64,000 nt of DNA from positions 2,224 through 66,223 of the forward strand of contig JACRKF010000021.1 of assembly GCA_016219865.1 (NCBI GenBank). The letters run 5' to 3'. The DNA comes from Candidatus Woesearchaeota archaeon. GTDB taxonomy: Archaea; Nanobdellota; Nanobdellia; Woesearchaeales; DSVV01. This document shows positions 18,609 through 28,447 of this stretch, piece by piece (the first letter of the stretch is position 1; each line of letters starts with the position of its first letter). The notes under the pieces are model-generated. The model was not told the DNA's origin, ran no database searches, and saw only the letters and a program-made list of their open reading frames with translations. Both the position numbers and the translations under genes were made by a program.

Positions 18609-20108
18609 ATGAGTGAAGGAAGCTCTGATGGTTCAGAATTACTAAAAAGATTTGACTTCAAGGATAAAAAAGGGGAAGCTGATGAAGAAGATATAGAACT
18701 TGGCAGGGATAATGCTGGACAATATATTACAGGTAAGACTGGCTATCCAAAGCCTCTGAAAAGATATAGAATCATTTATCAAGTATTTAATCAATCAATA
18801 GAAGAAACATATTTCTGGCTTTTAGAACATCTTCGTCATGATCAAGGATTCCATGATATTATAAAGATTACAGACACATTTACTGCATCAGAACATTCTG
18901 CTTTTTTCGGAAGCGCTCAGCAAAGAATTGGTTTGCAGCAGGATAAAGTATCGCAATTTCTCGCAACTATTGGAAAAATGATTAAAGAATTATTTCAATT
19001 AGTGCGAGAATTAAGAATATTAGATGAAAGATTGCAATATTACAACGATAGTTATACAGAAAGCAAAAGCAGGGAAAGCGCAGAGATAACATTAAAAGGA
19101 ATCTGGATTGACTTAGTAGAACAAGGTTCAAAAAATCCTGCATCTGTTTATGGTATGGCAAGAGAATTGCAATTTACAACATTGCCTGATTTATTCTTTT
19201 CAATCCACCCGCGAGAACCGGAAGATGTTGATGAGATGATTAATGCTCTTGACTTTAATAAAAAAGTAAGAGAAGTTCTTAAAAGAAAATTACGAACATA
19301 TTTAGATTGGAAAAAAGCAACATTTAGTGAGTTAAAGAATAGAAGAATCTTCACAATAAAATATTTGCGGCAGCACTTTGAAATAATAAAAATGTACATC
19401 AGCTGGGTTAAACCATATCTCAGAAACATTCGTCGTCTGGAATTAAGTGATAAAACAAAATCTCCTGATTTAATTGCTGCATTCGAAGGTTCAATAATTG
19501 AAATAGAAATATTATGCCAAAAAATGCCAGTTGAACTAACTACAAATAGAATGGAGCGAAGAAATAAAAAGATAAAATCAGTCGTTCTCTTGACAATCAT
19601 GTACAGAAGCAAGCCGTCATTATCTTATCAACAAGAATATCAGCGAGGCCCAATTCATGTAGGATTAACTGATATTACATTGCGTACTTATGCTTGGGAA
19701 GATAAAGAAATACAGAATTACATCAAAATGAGAGAAAAAGAAGATTTAGAATTATTAAAATCTGTAGATTCTTCTGTAAAAACAGCAATGGAAGCATTAG
19801 GAGATGAATTAGAACGATACTTAAAAGAAGCAGGTGATGAAACTGCTTTTGAAAAGAAGAAAGATGAACATCATGAAAAGAAAAAAAAATCATTCATTGA
19901 AAGTTTTCTAGGAACATTTATTTCATTCAAATCCTCTTCATCTCATGGTAAAAAAGATAGTCATGGAAAAGGAGATAGTCGTAATGAAATAAAACTGCCA
20001 GAACCTATGTTAGATACAGAAAAAGATACTGCAAAACGAGCAGCTGGTGACGCAATCTGGCAAACTTACAAAAACTATAAGAAGAAGGAGAAATTACTCA
20101 ATTGGTAA
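18609..20108 (+). CDS. hypothetical protein (499 aa) with a K/E-rich low-complexity C-terminus
   Basis: Strong RBS (AAAGGGGT). No recognisable motif. Confidence 0.5.
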   Translation: MSEGSSDGSELLKRFDFKDKKGEADEEDIELGRDNAGQYITGKTGYPKPLKRYRIIYQVFNQSIEETYFWLLEHLRHDQGFHDIIKITDTFTASEHSAFFGSAQQRIGLQQDKVSQFLATIGKMIKELFQLVRELRILDERLQYYNDSYTESKSRESAEITLKGIWIDLVEQGSKNPASVYGMARELQFTTLPDLFFSIHPREPEDVDEMINALDFNKKVREVLKRKLRTYLDWKKATFSELKNRRIFTIKYLRQHFEIIKMYISWVKPYLRNIRRLELSDKTKSPDLIAAFEGSIIEIEILCQKMPVELTTNRMERRNKKIKSVVLLTIMYRSKPSLSYQQEYQRGPIHVGLTDITLRTYAWEDKEIQNYIKMREKEDLELLKSVDSSVKTAMEALGDELERYLKEAGDETAFEKKKDEHHEKKKKSFIESFLGTFISFKSSSSHGKKDSHGKGDSRNEIKLPEPMLDTEKDTAKRAAGDAIWQTYKNYKKKEKLLNW

Positions 20109-20122
20109 ACTGATGAAAACAA

Positions 20123-20689
20123 ATGACTGATGAAAAACAGAAACAAACAACATTAAGCAGAGAAGAATTATTAGCATTATCACCTGAGGAAAGAATAGCA
20201 AAATTAAAACAGTTTGAAGACGAGAGGAAGAAAAATCTTGATAAAGAAATCGCTGAGGCAAAAAAGGTTTTAGAAGACACAGAAAGAGAAATAAAACAAA
20301 AAAAAGATCAGCAATTAACTGATGAATTGATGCGAAGAAAAATTCTCGAGGAAAAAGCGCAACTGCAAAAGTCACTAGAAGAAACAGTTAGACAAGAATC
20401 TCCTCAGCGAAAAGAAGATCTTCCCCAACAAGCTGAATACAAAACAAATGTTAATTACATGGTTGATATGTACACTAATTTAAAAAACATTTTAGATACA
20501 GGATTACCGCTTAATCCATATGAACGAGCAAAAGTTGAAGACATTTACAATATTATGAACCAACTTGCCAATCAAAATCCTCATGAAAATGCAGACAGAC
20601 AGACAATTGATGACATTACACATGCAACAAAAAGAATAATTAAAACATTGCTTGGCGATTATCAGAGCAATGTGAAGTATAGTCCTTAA
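20123..20689 (+). CDS. hypothetical coiled-coil protein
   Basis: 188 aa, charged coiled-coil N-terminal half. Confidence 0.5.
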   Translation: MTDEKQKQTTLSREELLALSPEERIAKLKQFEDERKKNLDKEIAEAKKVLEDTEREIKQKKDQQLTDELMRRKILEEKAQLQKSLEETVRQESPQRKEDLPQQAEYKTNVNYMVDMYTNLKNILDTGLPLNPYERAKVEDIYNIMNQLANQNPHENADRQTIDDITHATKRIIKTLLGDYQSNVKYSP

Positions 20690-20716
20690 ACTTTTGTTTC
20701 ACAAAAATTTATAAAT

Positions 20717-21337
20717 ATGAATACGATAAAAAGAGTTATTATGAATGAAAAAAGGAAAGCAAGCAAAAAGAGAAATAAAAAAGCCCAAACATGGTCATTA
20801 GAAGTATTTATGGCAATGATGATTTTCCTTATTGCAACTGTTATGTTTTATGCTGTTATTTTTACAGCGCCAAAACACAAAGAATTAACAAAAGAAGCTG
20901 AATTAATAACTAAATCAATTGATACAAATGAATTATTTGAAGACGGGATGTTAACGCAAGAAGAAGCTGAAAAACTGTCAGGTAAAACATGCAATGAACT
21001 AAAACAAATGGTCAACACTAACAAGAAAATCTGTATTTATTTTAAAGATCAAAGCGGCAATATAGTTCCATTATCCGCAGAATATAATGTAATTGGCTGT
21101 GATGGCATTACAGTTGGAAGCATTGAATGCACAGCTCCAAAACAATCAAATGCATGCGATGACGGTGTTCAAAATGGAGACGAAGAAGGAATTGATTGCG
21201 GTGAAATCTGCGGCAATGAATGCGCGCAAGCGCCTGCAACACCTGAAGATACTCCTATCCCTTGTGAAGAGGATTACGAATGTCCTTCTGGCATGATATG
21301 CGATACTGTATCAACATGGATATGCGTAGCTGCATAA
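20717..21337 (+). CDS. putative archaeal type IV pilin-like (class III signal peptide) protein with a Cys-rich C-terminal domain
   Basis: A basic N-terminus followed by KKAQ-TWSLEVFMAMMIFLIATVMF resembles a prepilin/DUF361 signal. The C-terminus carries 12 Cys (CDDG..CGEICGNEC..CEEDYECPSGMIC). Confidence 0.5.
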   Translation: MNTIKRVIMNEKRKASKKRNKKAQTWSLEVFMAMMIFLIATVMFYAVIFTAPKHKELTKEAELITKSIDTNELFEDGMLTQEEAEKLSGKTCNELKQMVNTNKKICIYFKDQSGNIVPLSAEYNVIGCDGITVGSIECTAPKQSNACDDGVQNGDEEGIDCGEICGNECAQAPATPEDTPIPCEEDYECPSGMICDTVSTWICVAA

Positions 21338-21637
21338 ATTTTATGTGCAACTCTTCAATAGACTTAAATGGGAAAGACGGTTTTTTATATGCAGATTCAA
21401 ATCAATTTCTTCATCGTGCAACTGCTTTATTGTTGCGAAATCAATTCAATCAAAGAATGAAATACAAAAGCTATGCTTATGGAGATATTCTAGTTCCAGA
21501 AAAAGTAGATAATTGTGGTTTGCCAAGAAGACTATATATCAATCAACAGAGATTAATTGGATAAAAAAGAGAATGATAATAATAATAATATAAAAAAAGA
21601 ATAAATAAAAAATCCAAGAAAATTGCAATTGAATTTT

Positions 21638-22216
21638 TTATCGCAGCAACCTATCATTTGCTCGATTGCTTGGTCTTACTTTCTCAGCGCCAACACCTTT
21701 TCTATGCATGCCTCTTCCTCGCCTTGCAGCAGAAGTTAAGCCTCGATAGACTCTTCCTGTGTGTTGTTTTTCTGCAATCCATGACAATTTATGATCTGAT
21801 TTAATTGCAGGATGATTTTTATCAATTACAATTACTTCAAACCAATAATAATCTCCATCTTTAGCAACCCAATAACTGTTAAGCACTTCACAATTAGGAT
21901 ATTTATCTGCTGCTCTTTCTTCAGCTATTCTTTGATAACTTTTTTTCAGAACCATATGCATGCCAAATCGTTTTGGTTTTCTTCCGCCATCTGGTTTTGG
22001 TTTCCAATGGCCTCCTCGCTGCACTCTTTGACGAACAACAAGAATTCCTGGTTTTGCTCTATAACCTAAAGAACGAGCTCTATCCAGCCTAGTTGGCCTT
22101 TCAATTCTAAATGTTGCAGGTTCTCGTCTCCATTCAACAAGCCTTTGCTGCATCACTTGTTTTATTGTATCATCTGGTTTTTTCCAAGCTTCTCTGATAT
22201 ATTGGTATAATCCCAT
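21638..22216 (-). CDS. rpl15e: 50S ribosomal protein L15e
   Basis: [14 protein letters not shown]... matches L15e. The ORF-track start is TTG; ATG at 22216. Confidence 0.9.
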   Translation of the reverse strand: MGLYQYIREAWKKPDDTIKQVMQQRLVEWRREPATFRIERPTRLDRARSLGYRAKPGILVVRQRVQRGGHWKPKPDGGRKPKRFGMHMVLKKSYQRIAEERAADKYPNCEVLNSYWVAKDGDYYWFEVIVIDKNHPAIKSDHKLSWIAEKQHTGRVYRGLTSAARRGRGMHRKGVGAEKVRPSNRANDRLLR

Positions 22217-22308
22217 TTTCTTTGCCTCCAATTACTTGCTATTATCTATATATCTATATTATAGAGTGCAATCGCCTAACATATTCGACATGTTCGGATT
22301 GCCCAACT

Positions 22309-22339
22309 GAGAAAATTTTGCAAAAATGCAAAATTTTCT
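22309..22339. repeat. palindromic repeat, family A, copy (agaaaattttgca-aaaa-tgcaaaattttct)
   Basis: 13-bp arms. Flanked by the attgcccaactga motif shared with other copies. Confidence 0.7.
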
Positions 22340-22410
22340 TTAATCTTCAGGTAAGCAACTACCCACATTGATTATAATAGTATAGATTTAAGGTTTATTT
22401 ATAAATATTT

Positions 22411-22448
22411 AGTATTTGCGAACTCACTTCGTTCGTTCAGCAAATACT
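22411..22448. repeat. 38-nt hairpin repeat, family B (copy 2)
   Basis: agtatttgcgaactcacttcgttcgttcagcaaatact. It abuts the stop of the 22448..22774 gene. Confidence 0.7.
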
Positions 22449-22774
22449 TAAAATAACCTAATCGAAAACAAATACAAAAACGCAGCCCAAACCACTACAA
22501 TGATAACAACCTGCAATATCCAAGCAAGAAATGCGCGAAAATAACTTAAATCAAACATTATAGTATAGACAAATAAAAGAGCAAATAAAGATATAACCAA
22601 TGAATAGATGGGAGTAAAATAAATATTTATTGCAAATGTAAGAACAGCTACTATAATATTAACAATTACTACCCTTAATAATGTAGAATGTCCAGATAAC
22701 ATTTTCACAGCTAAATTTAAAGGAATTGCAGAAAGCGCAAATACTAATATTAACCAGAGCAATGTATCAATCAT
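22448..22774 (-). CDS. hypothetical small membrane protein
   Basis: 108 aa, 3-4 transmembrane helices. Confidence 0.5.
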   Translation of the reverse strand: MIDTLLWLILVFALSAIPLNLAVKMLSGHSTLLRVVIVNIIVAVLTFAINIYFTPIYSLVISLFALLFVYTIMFDLSYFRAFLAWILQVVIIVVVWAAFLYLFSIRLF

Positions 22775-22807
22775 AAATAAACAAATTATTGTTATAATAT
22801 AAATAAT

Positions 22808-23320
22808 TTATTGATTTTTTTTCTTAAAGTGAGAGATAATATCTTGCGTAAGTGATTGATGACTATAAATTAAATTATAGAATTGAGTTGCGCCTGCATT
22901 GATTGCTGCATCTTTTGCAACAAGATGCTGCCCAGAAAAACTATAAAATAAATTTGTATTATAAGAAGTTGCAAATATTGTTGTATCTTTATTTACTGAA
23001 TAAGGTTTTCTTAATTCTTCAATGAAATATTTCCCCATTTTCCAATTTTCTTTAGAATCAGATATTTCTCCAAGAATCTCATCAATTACAGGATTATTAT
23101 TATATTCTCCTGGTAAGACTGACATATTTAAAACAATTAAATTTACTTTCTCAACAAGAAGTGTGTCAAGAACAGGATAAACTGCTTCATGAAATGTTGG
23201 TCTAATTTTATGCTTTGCAAGATCTGCAACAATCTCATCTAGATTAGCATGGTCATAATCTAACCACGGAAAGAAAATAAGTCTTCGTAATTGTGGTGGA
23301 AATTTCAATACTTTTCCCAT
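22808..23320 (-). CDS. hypothetical protein
   Basis: 170 aa. Downstream of the PAC2-family gene on the same strand. Confidence 0.45.
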   Translation of the reverse strand: MGKVLKFPPQLRRLIFFPWLDYDHANLDEIVADLAKHKIRPTFHEAVYPVLDTLLVEKVNLIVLNMSVLPGEYNNNPVIDEILGEISDSKENWKMGKYFIEELRKPYSVNKDTTIFATSYNTNLFYSFSGQHLVAKDAAINAGATQFYNLIYSHQSLTQDIISHFKKKNQ

Positions 23321-23364
23321 AATGATTCCCCCAAATCGAGAGAATTTTGTAAAATTCTCTTCAA

Positions 23365-24231
23365 TTAACCAATATAATTAGCATCAGTTGATAATTGTTG
23401 TTTTAATTTATTTACAGCTGATTGTTTAGAAACTTCTTCTAATTCTTTTGTTGTTTTTAACATTTCTTCTTCCAGATCTTTAATTTCTTTATCTAATTTT
23501 TTGATATCTATTTCTAATGATAATTTCTTATTTAAAATAGTAAGAATTTCCTTAGCTCCTGCTATTCCCAATGACATAGGATGCGCAAGTGTTTCTGCAA
23601 GAAGTGTTGCTGCTGGAACTTTCTTTTTTCCAGCCATTCCTAAAAGAACACCAGATACACCAATAATAGGCCCAATAATCCCATACAATTTGTTTTTTGC
23701 AGCTGTTCCTATTACATATTTCTGGATAATCTCTTTATTATTGCCAGTGCAATAAACTTGCGGTGGATTACTTACTTCCATAAGACCAACTCCGCCAAGC
23801 GTAATTATTTCTGTGCCTTTGAATTTCAGAAGAAGATCTATAATAGCATCACAAAACTCATAGCAACTTTCTTCATCAATTGGTTGAATATCTCCTGTTA
23901 AAATAATAAGATCATTAGTCTTTCCTTTTTTTGTAAAACGTTTGTAATAAATTTCAATTGTAGGTAATTCTATAAGATTATTTTCATTAACAAATACTGA
24001 ATGAGGAAACTTATAAGAGAAGACATCATATATTTTTACAGCTTTTAATTGCTCTACAATAAAATCAGCTGTAACCTTGCCAACATTACCTATGCCAGGC
24101 ATACCTTCTATAAGAATTGGATTTTTAAGTTCTGGAATCTTTCCTATTTGAGTAAATTTCCAAGTCATTATAATCATCTCATTTAAATTGTCCAAATATA
24201 CAGATTGCCACTCAACCCGAATTACACTCAT
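23365..24231 (-). CDS. PAC2-family (proteasome assembly chaperone-like) protein
   Basis: ILIEGMPGIGNVGKVTADFIV and IILTGDIQP match the PAC2 family. It occupies the conserved position downstream of nop10. Confidence 0.7.
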   Translation of the reverse strand: MSVIRVEWQSVYLDNLNEMIIMTWKFTQIGKIPELKNPILIEGMPGIGNVGKVTADFIVEQLKAVKIYDVFSYKFPHSVFVNENNLIELPTIEIYYKRFTKKGKTNDLIILTGDIQPIDEESCYEFCDAIIDLLLKFKGTEIITLGGVGLMEVSNPPQVYCTGNNKEIIQKYVIGTAAKNKLYGIIGPIIGVSGVLLGMAGKKKVPAATLLAETLAHPMSLGIAGAKEILTILNKKLSLEIDIKKLDKEIKDLEEEMLKTTKELEEVSKQSAVNKLKQQLSTDANYIG

Positions 24232-24282
24232 GTCCGAACTGCCTAATGCTATAATTGTCTAAAAACAGCAGTTTCTGGAAAA

Positions 24283-24456
24283 TTATAAGATATTATTATC
24301 AACCAATTGCTGTTTTTTTATTTCCCTTCTATATTTTGCGTATTTATCCTCAGGAGAATATTTTGCTGGCTTCATATCAATTGCTTTTTTGCCGCAATTG
24401 CATAATTGCTTTATAGTATATGTTTTGCAGATAGGACATCGTAGTATATGTTTCAT
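24283..24456 (-). CDS. nop10: H/ACA RNP subunit Nop10 (57 aa; absent from the ORF track)
   Basis: Hand translation gives MKHILRCPICKTYTIKQLCNCGKKAIDMKPAKYSPEDKYAKYRREIKK. A CPxC...CxCG zinc ribbon plus SPEDKY..KYR matches Nop10. It directly follows aIF2alpha, as in most archaea. Confidence 0.85.
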   Translation of the reverse strand: MKHILRCPICKTYTIKQLCNCGKKAIDMKPAKYSPEDKYAKYRREIKKQQLVDNNIL

Positions 24457-24468
24457 GATAAAACCTTT

Positions 24469-25254
24469 TTATTTTGTTTCAGCGCGGATAAATTCATATT
24501 GAGAATTGATATTCTTTGTGGATTTTTTGACAATTTCGAGCATTTCTTTGATGATTGCTTCAGCTTTTTTATAGTCATCTTGTTTAACAATTATTTTGTA
24601 TATTCCAGCGCCAGCATATTTTATATCCACTGCTTTTTTCCCATATTCAGTCAATTTTTGGAATAGATGTGTGATGATCTCTAGACCATTGCTTTCATAA
24701 GTCTTAAAATGAAGATCTCCCTTGATTGTAACTTCAGGTTGCTTGATTCTTTGCTTAACTGTTTCAACAAGAATCTTTTCATATTCTTTTGGTATGTTTA
24801 ATTCTTTTACATCAACAATTTCAGCAACAATTTGCTCAAAGAATTTATGCAGATAACTATATTTTTTAAAAATAGGTGTTGCAATATGTTCATAAACTTG
24901 CCTTACATCGCGTTTTGTTGTATGCGCAACAACTTCTATAATTTTCTCTGCAATCTGCTCTAATTTCATCTCGTTTATCTTTGTTTTTCGCTGCATATCA
25001 GTTACTCTGCGCAATGATAAATCAATATGACCGCGTTCTTGATCAATTCTAAGAACCATGCAAACGACAACTTTGCCTTCTTTAATGTATTCATTGATAT
25101 TCCTAATTCTGCCAGCTGCAACTTCGCTAATATGAATCATTCCTTTAAGATCATATTCATCTATTGTTGCAAATACAGAATGATATTGAATCTTTGTAAT
25201 AGTGCACATCACTATTTCATATTCTTGAGGTAAATCTTTCTTTCTATAGAACAT
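24469..25254 (-). CDS. eif2a: translation initiation factor aIF2 alpha subunit
   Basis: An S1 domain (EYEIVMCTI...GMIHISEV) and a central helical domain are present. The ORF-track start is TTG; ATG at 25254. Confidence 0.9.
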   Translation of the reverse strand: MFYRKKDLPQEYEIVMCTITKIQYHSVFATIDEYDLKGMIHISEVAAGRIRNINEYIKEGKVVVCMVLRIDQERGHIDLSLRRVTDMQRKTKINEMKLEQIAEKIIEVVAHTTKRDVRQVYEHIATPIFKKYSYLHKFFEQIVAEIVDVKELNIPKEYEKILVETVKQRIKQPEVTIKGDLHFKTYESNGLEIITHLFQKLTEYGKKAVDIKYAGAGIYKIIVKQDDYKKAEAIIKEMLEIVKKSTKNINSQYEFIRAETK

Positions 25255-25267
25255 TATTTTTACTCCT

Positions 25268-25453
25268 TTATTCAAGCACTTCTAATACTCGTGCTTTTAT
25301 CTTTGATTTTCCGCCTGTTGGTTCTACTAAAACCTTTTCACATACTAAGCATTTCACCATTGTTGCGCTTTTTCCAAATGTAATCTGCTCATTTTTACAT
25401 TTAGGACATCGTATTTTTACAAATTTACTGTTTGGTTCACGTACTAATAACAT
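25268..25453 (-). CDS. rps27e: 30S ribosomal protein S27e
   Basis: CPKCKNEQ...CLVCEKVL is the C4 zinc finger of S27e. 61 aa. Confidence 0.85.
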   Translation of the reverse strand: MLLVREPNSKFVKIRCPKCKNEQITFGKSATMVKCLVCEKVLVEPTGGKSKIKARVLEVLE

Positions 25454-25508
25454 ATTCTTAACCTCCTAACAATATAGTATAAGAATAAGAGGTGATATAA
25501 AAAGTTAT

Positions 25509-25546
25509 AGTATTTGCGAACTCGCTTCGCTCGTTCAGCAAATACT
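25509..25546. repeat. 38-nt hairpin repeat, family B (copy 3)
   Basis: agtatttgcgaactcgcttcgctcgttcagcaaatact, about 30 bp downstream of the MutS-like gene end. Confidence 0.7.
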
Positions 25547-25577
25547 ATAATCAGGCAATTCGGAATAAAGATAAAAT

Positions 25578-27515
25578 CTAGCGTATCCTGCTTTTAGCAG
25601 CCTGAAACACATGCTCAGGGAGAACACTTTGAACTGAGATGATACCATAATGCAGACCAATTGCTTCTGCTGGCGCTTCTTGCTTTGTATAACTAAATCC
25701 ATTGCCATTAGAACTCAAAGGAAATAAAGAAACTTGTACTGATGAATTTACCCCTAAGTCTCTAAGATTAGGAAAATGTGTTGGAAGAATTGCGCGAACA
25801 CCTTTATTGAGAAAAGTGTTTTCTGCAATTGCATATAAGATTGCTGCGCCGTCATCTGCTCTTGTTGCAGTTCCCTATTCATCTAATACCACAAGACAAT
25901 ACGATTCACAACCTGTAATCTGCTCATACAGCTCTTTGATTGCTTGTTTTTCAGCAGCAAAACTGCTTTTAATATTTGTTCCTACTTGCCTATGCCTTAC
26001 AAATATTCTTTCATGGATTGAGATTGTAGCAGAACTTGCTGGGACATATAATCCAGCCTGCGCAAAATTCACAAGTATTGCAGCCATATCAGCATAGATT
26101 GACTTTCCTGCTTCATTTGGACCTTCAACTATCTCAACAAGAGTATCGTGATTAAGATAGACGCTATTTGGCATTGGTTTGGAAACATGAAGGAAAGGAT
26201 TTAGGCCATTTTCAATATTGATTATCCTTTCTTCTTTTGGAACAATTGTAGACCTTACCCTTTTTTTTTCTTTAAAAAATTTTGCTAATCCTGCATACAA
26301 AGCAATCTCTTTTTCAATTTTTTTAAAAGAAGTTGTAATATATCTAAATTTCTCGAGGGAATTACGTTCCCCAAATAGATGATATAACTCTTTAGCATCT
26401 TTTGGATCTGCTGCTATAATCTCTTGCAACTTCTTTTTTAATGAAGAAATTCCTTTCTCTTCATTCTTCATTATATGATCCACAGCTCTCTGTATACGAC
26501 CAAGTTGCGGAACATCAGCATCAGTAAGATCTGGAAATGAGATGCTTTCCAGATTTTGAACAACATTTTTTACATTTTTCATAAATTGTTCATAACAAAA
26601 TTGAGCAACATCTTTAGCTTCTTCTGGATCAAAGAGATAGGTTCCACCATCTCTTGATTGGATATTACCCATCCTATGACCATGTTTAGAATGTTTATTC
26701 ATAAATCCTATCCCTGCTTTTCCTTTATAGCACTGAAATAGATCCATGACAGACCAAAGAAGAGCTTTCATAGTAGAATCGAGAGAGATGCAATCATTTT
26801 TTGTCAAAGATTTTAAAAGATCGTCATTAACCATAAAATAATTGATTGCGTCAGTTCGTTGAGCAATAAGATTTCTGTCAGTCAATGGATTAAGCACCCA
26901 ATCAGCAAGTTGAGGTTTGTCTAGATCATATCCTGAAAATAATGCATTAAGCAATCGTGGAGTTGGTTTTTCCATAGTAAAGAAATAACCAAATGTCTTT
27001 TCTGTATCACCACCATAAAGCGCATTATAACTTTCATGATCAAGAACTGCACTATGTAAAAAACTAAGCGAATCATCTTTAGGTAAACTCCCTTTTACTA
27101 ATTGAGGATGCTTTGTATATGATAGATCAATCTCATCAACAAGAACAACAATATTGCCATATTTAACAGAATCCATATTAATTTTAGGCGCAATCACTAT
27201 ATCTGCAGATTCAAGACGAGCTTTGTATCTTTTTGGATCAAGAGAAAACTTTTCAAGAGGAATACTGGACATCCTCATTTTTGTTTGAACAAGAGCCTTG
27301 TAAAGAGAAAGTGCTTCCTTTATATGAACAGGGATATGATCATCACGACGTGAATCATACTTTCCATAATTAAGAGAATCGAGATCATGTTTCCCATTAA
27401 CTTTTGAAGCAATAGTCCCTACAAAAACTGCGCTTAGATTATGATGCAATTCACTCCTTAACTCAAGAATTTTAGCTCCAGTTTCTAATGTTTGTATTTC
27501 CTCTTCAAGCGTCAT
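25578..27515 (-). pseudogene. MutS-family ATPase (domain V) interrupted by an in-frame TAG at 25875-25877; read-through would give about 645 aa
   Basis: Walker A GPNEAGKS. The sequence reads ...SYCLVVLDE-[TAG]-GTATRADDGAAILYAIAE...THF, which matches MutS LLDE-I-GRGTSTyDG...TH. No MutS domain I (GDFYELF) is present. Confidence 0.7.
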
Positions 27516-27552
27516 AAAACAAAGTATTGTAAGAAGCTTTTTAAATTTGATT

Positions 27553-28191
27553 ATGAACCAAAAACAAATGCTCCAATTACTCCAGCTTTTTACAAAAGGA
27601 TATGATAATAACTTTTCTTATCTTATCTATGATGAACAATCAAGAGAAGCTGCTGTCATCGACCCATGCGGAGAAATACAGTTGATTGAAAAAGAGATAG
27701 AAAAAAACAAGCTGCAGCTTAAATACATCATCAATACTCATTCTCATTTTGATCATATTGAGAAAAATAAAGAGATAAAAGCAAAATACAACTGTATAAT
27801 ATTGATGCATGAGCATGAGAAATATCCAGCAGACAAGAAACTGAAACACAACGAAATAATCTTTCTTAGTAAATCAAAGATAACAGTTCTCAACACATCA
27901 GGACACACACAAGGAAGCATCTGCTTATTTTTCGAGAATCAAGAACATAAATACTTGATTACAGGCGATACCTTATTTGTCAACACAATCGGCAGGATGG
28001 ATTTTGAAGGAGGAAACAAATCATTAATGTATGATTCTTTGTACAACATAATTCTTCAATTAGATGAAAACACAATCATTCTTCCAGGGCATGATTATGG
28101 ATTGATGCCAATGGATACTTTGAAAAAACAAAAAGAAAACAATCCATTTCTTAAATGCAAAAATAAAAAAGAATTTGTTGGAAGGTTTTGA
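27553..28191 (+). CDS. MBL-fold metallo-hydrolase (glyoxalase II-like)
   Basis: HSHFDHI, GHTQGS and HDYG motifs. The ORF-track start is TTG; ATG at 27553. Confidence 0.75.
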   Translation: MNQKQMLQLLQLFTKGYDNNFSYLIYDEQSREAAVIDPCGEIQLIEKEIEKNKLQLKYIINTHSHFDHIEKNKEIKAKYNCIILMHEHEKYPADKKLKHNEIIFLSKSKITVLNTSGHTQGSICLFFENQEHKYLITGDTLFVNTIGRMDFEGGNKSLMYDSLYNIILQLDENTIILPGHDYGLMPMDTLKKQKENNPFLKCKNKKEFVGRF

Positions 28192-28255
28192 TGACCACCC
28201 TAGAGTGATTAAAATAACGAAACATTTATAAACTAGCCAATCTTCAACATATTCT

Positions 28256-28447
28256 ATGCCATTTAAAGACCTATTAGGACTAGGGAACAGCGATTATACA
28301 GATGATGAGATACTTGATAGAATATGCGAAGCTAAGAAGAAAAAAGAGCAAACAATTAATTTTAAGGATAATGATGGAAAACTGATTGAGATTAGTTTAA
28401 AACAAACACAATTTTTTGAATGTGGAATTATGGATGGTAATGCTTAA
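28256..28447 (+). CDS. hypothetical small protein
   Basis: 63 aa, no motif. May be spurious. Confidence 0.3.
   Translation: MPFKDLLGLGNSDYTDDEILDRICEAKKKKEQTINFKDNDGKLIEISLKQTQFFECGIMDGNA

Noticed and set aside
25454-25577. Expected L44e gene upstream of S27e
   Set aside because: The space is about 120 bp, too short for L44e, and contains a family B hairpin repeat. No L44e-like zinc ribbon was found.
25702-26097. 131-aa plus-strand ORF
   Set aside because: It lies entirely inside the MutS-like gene (and its read-through extension) on the opposite strand. It has no motif, and the opposite strand carries strong conserved-domain signal.
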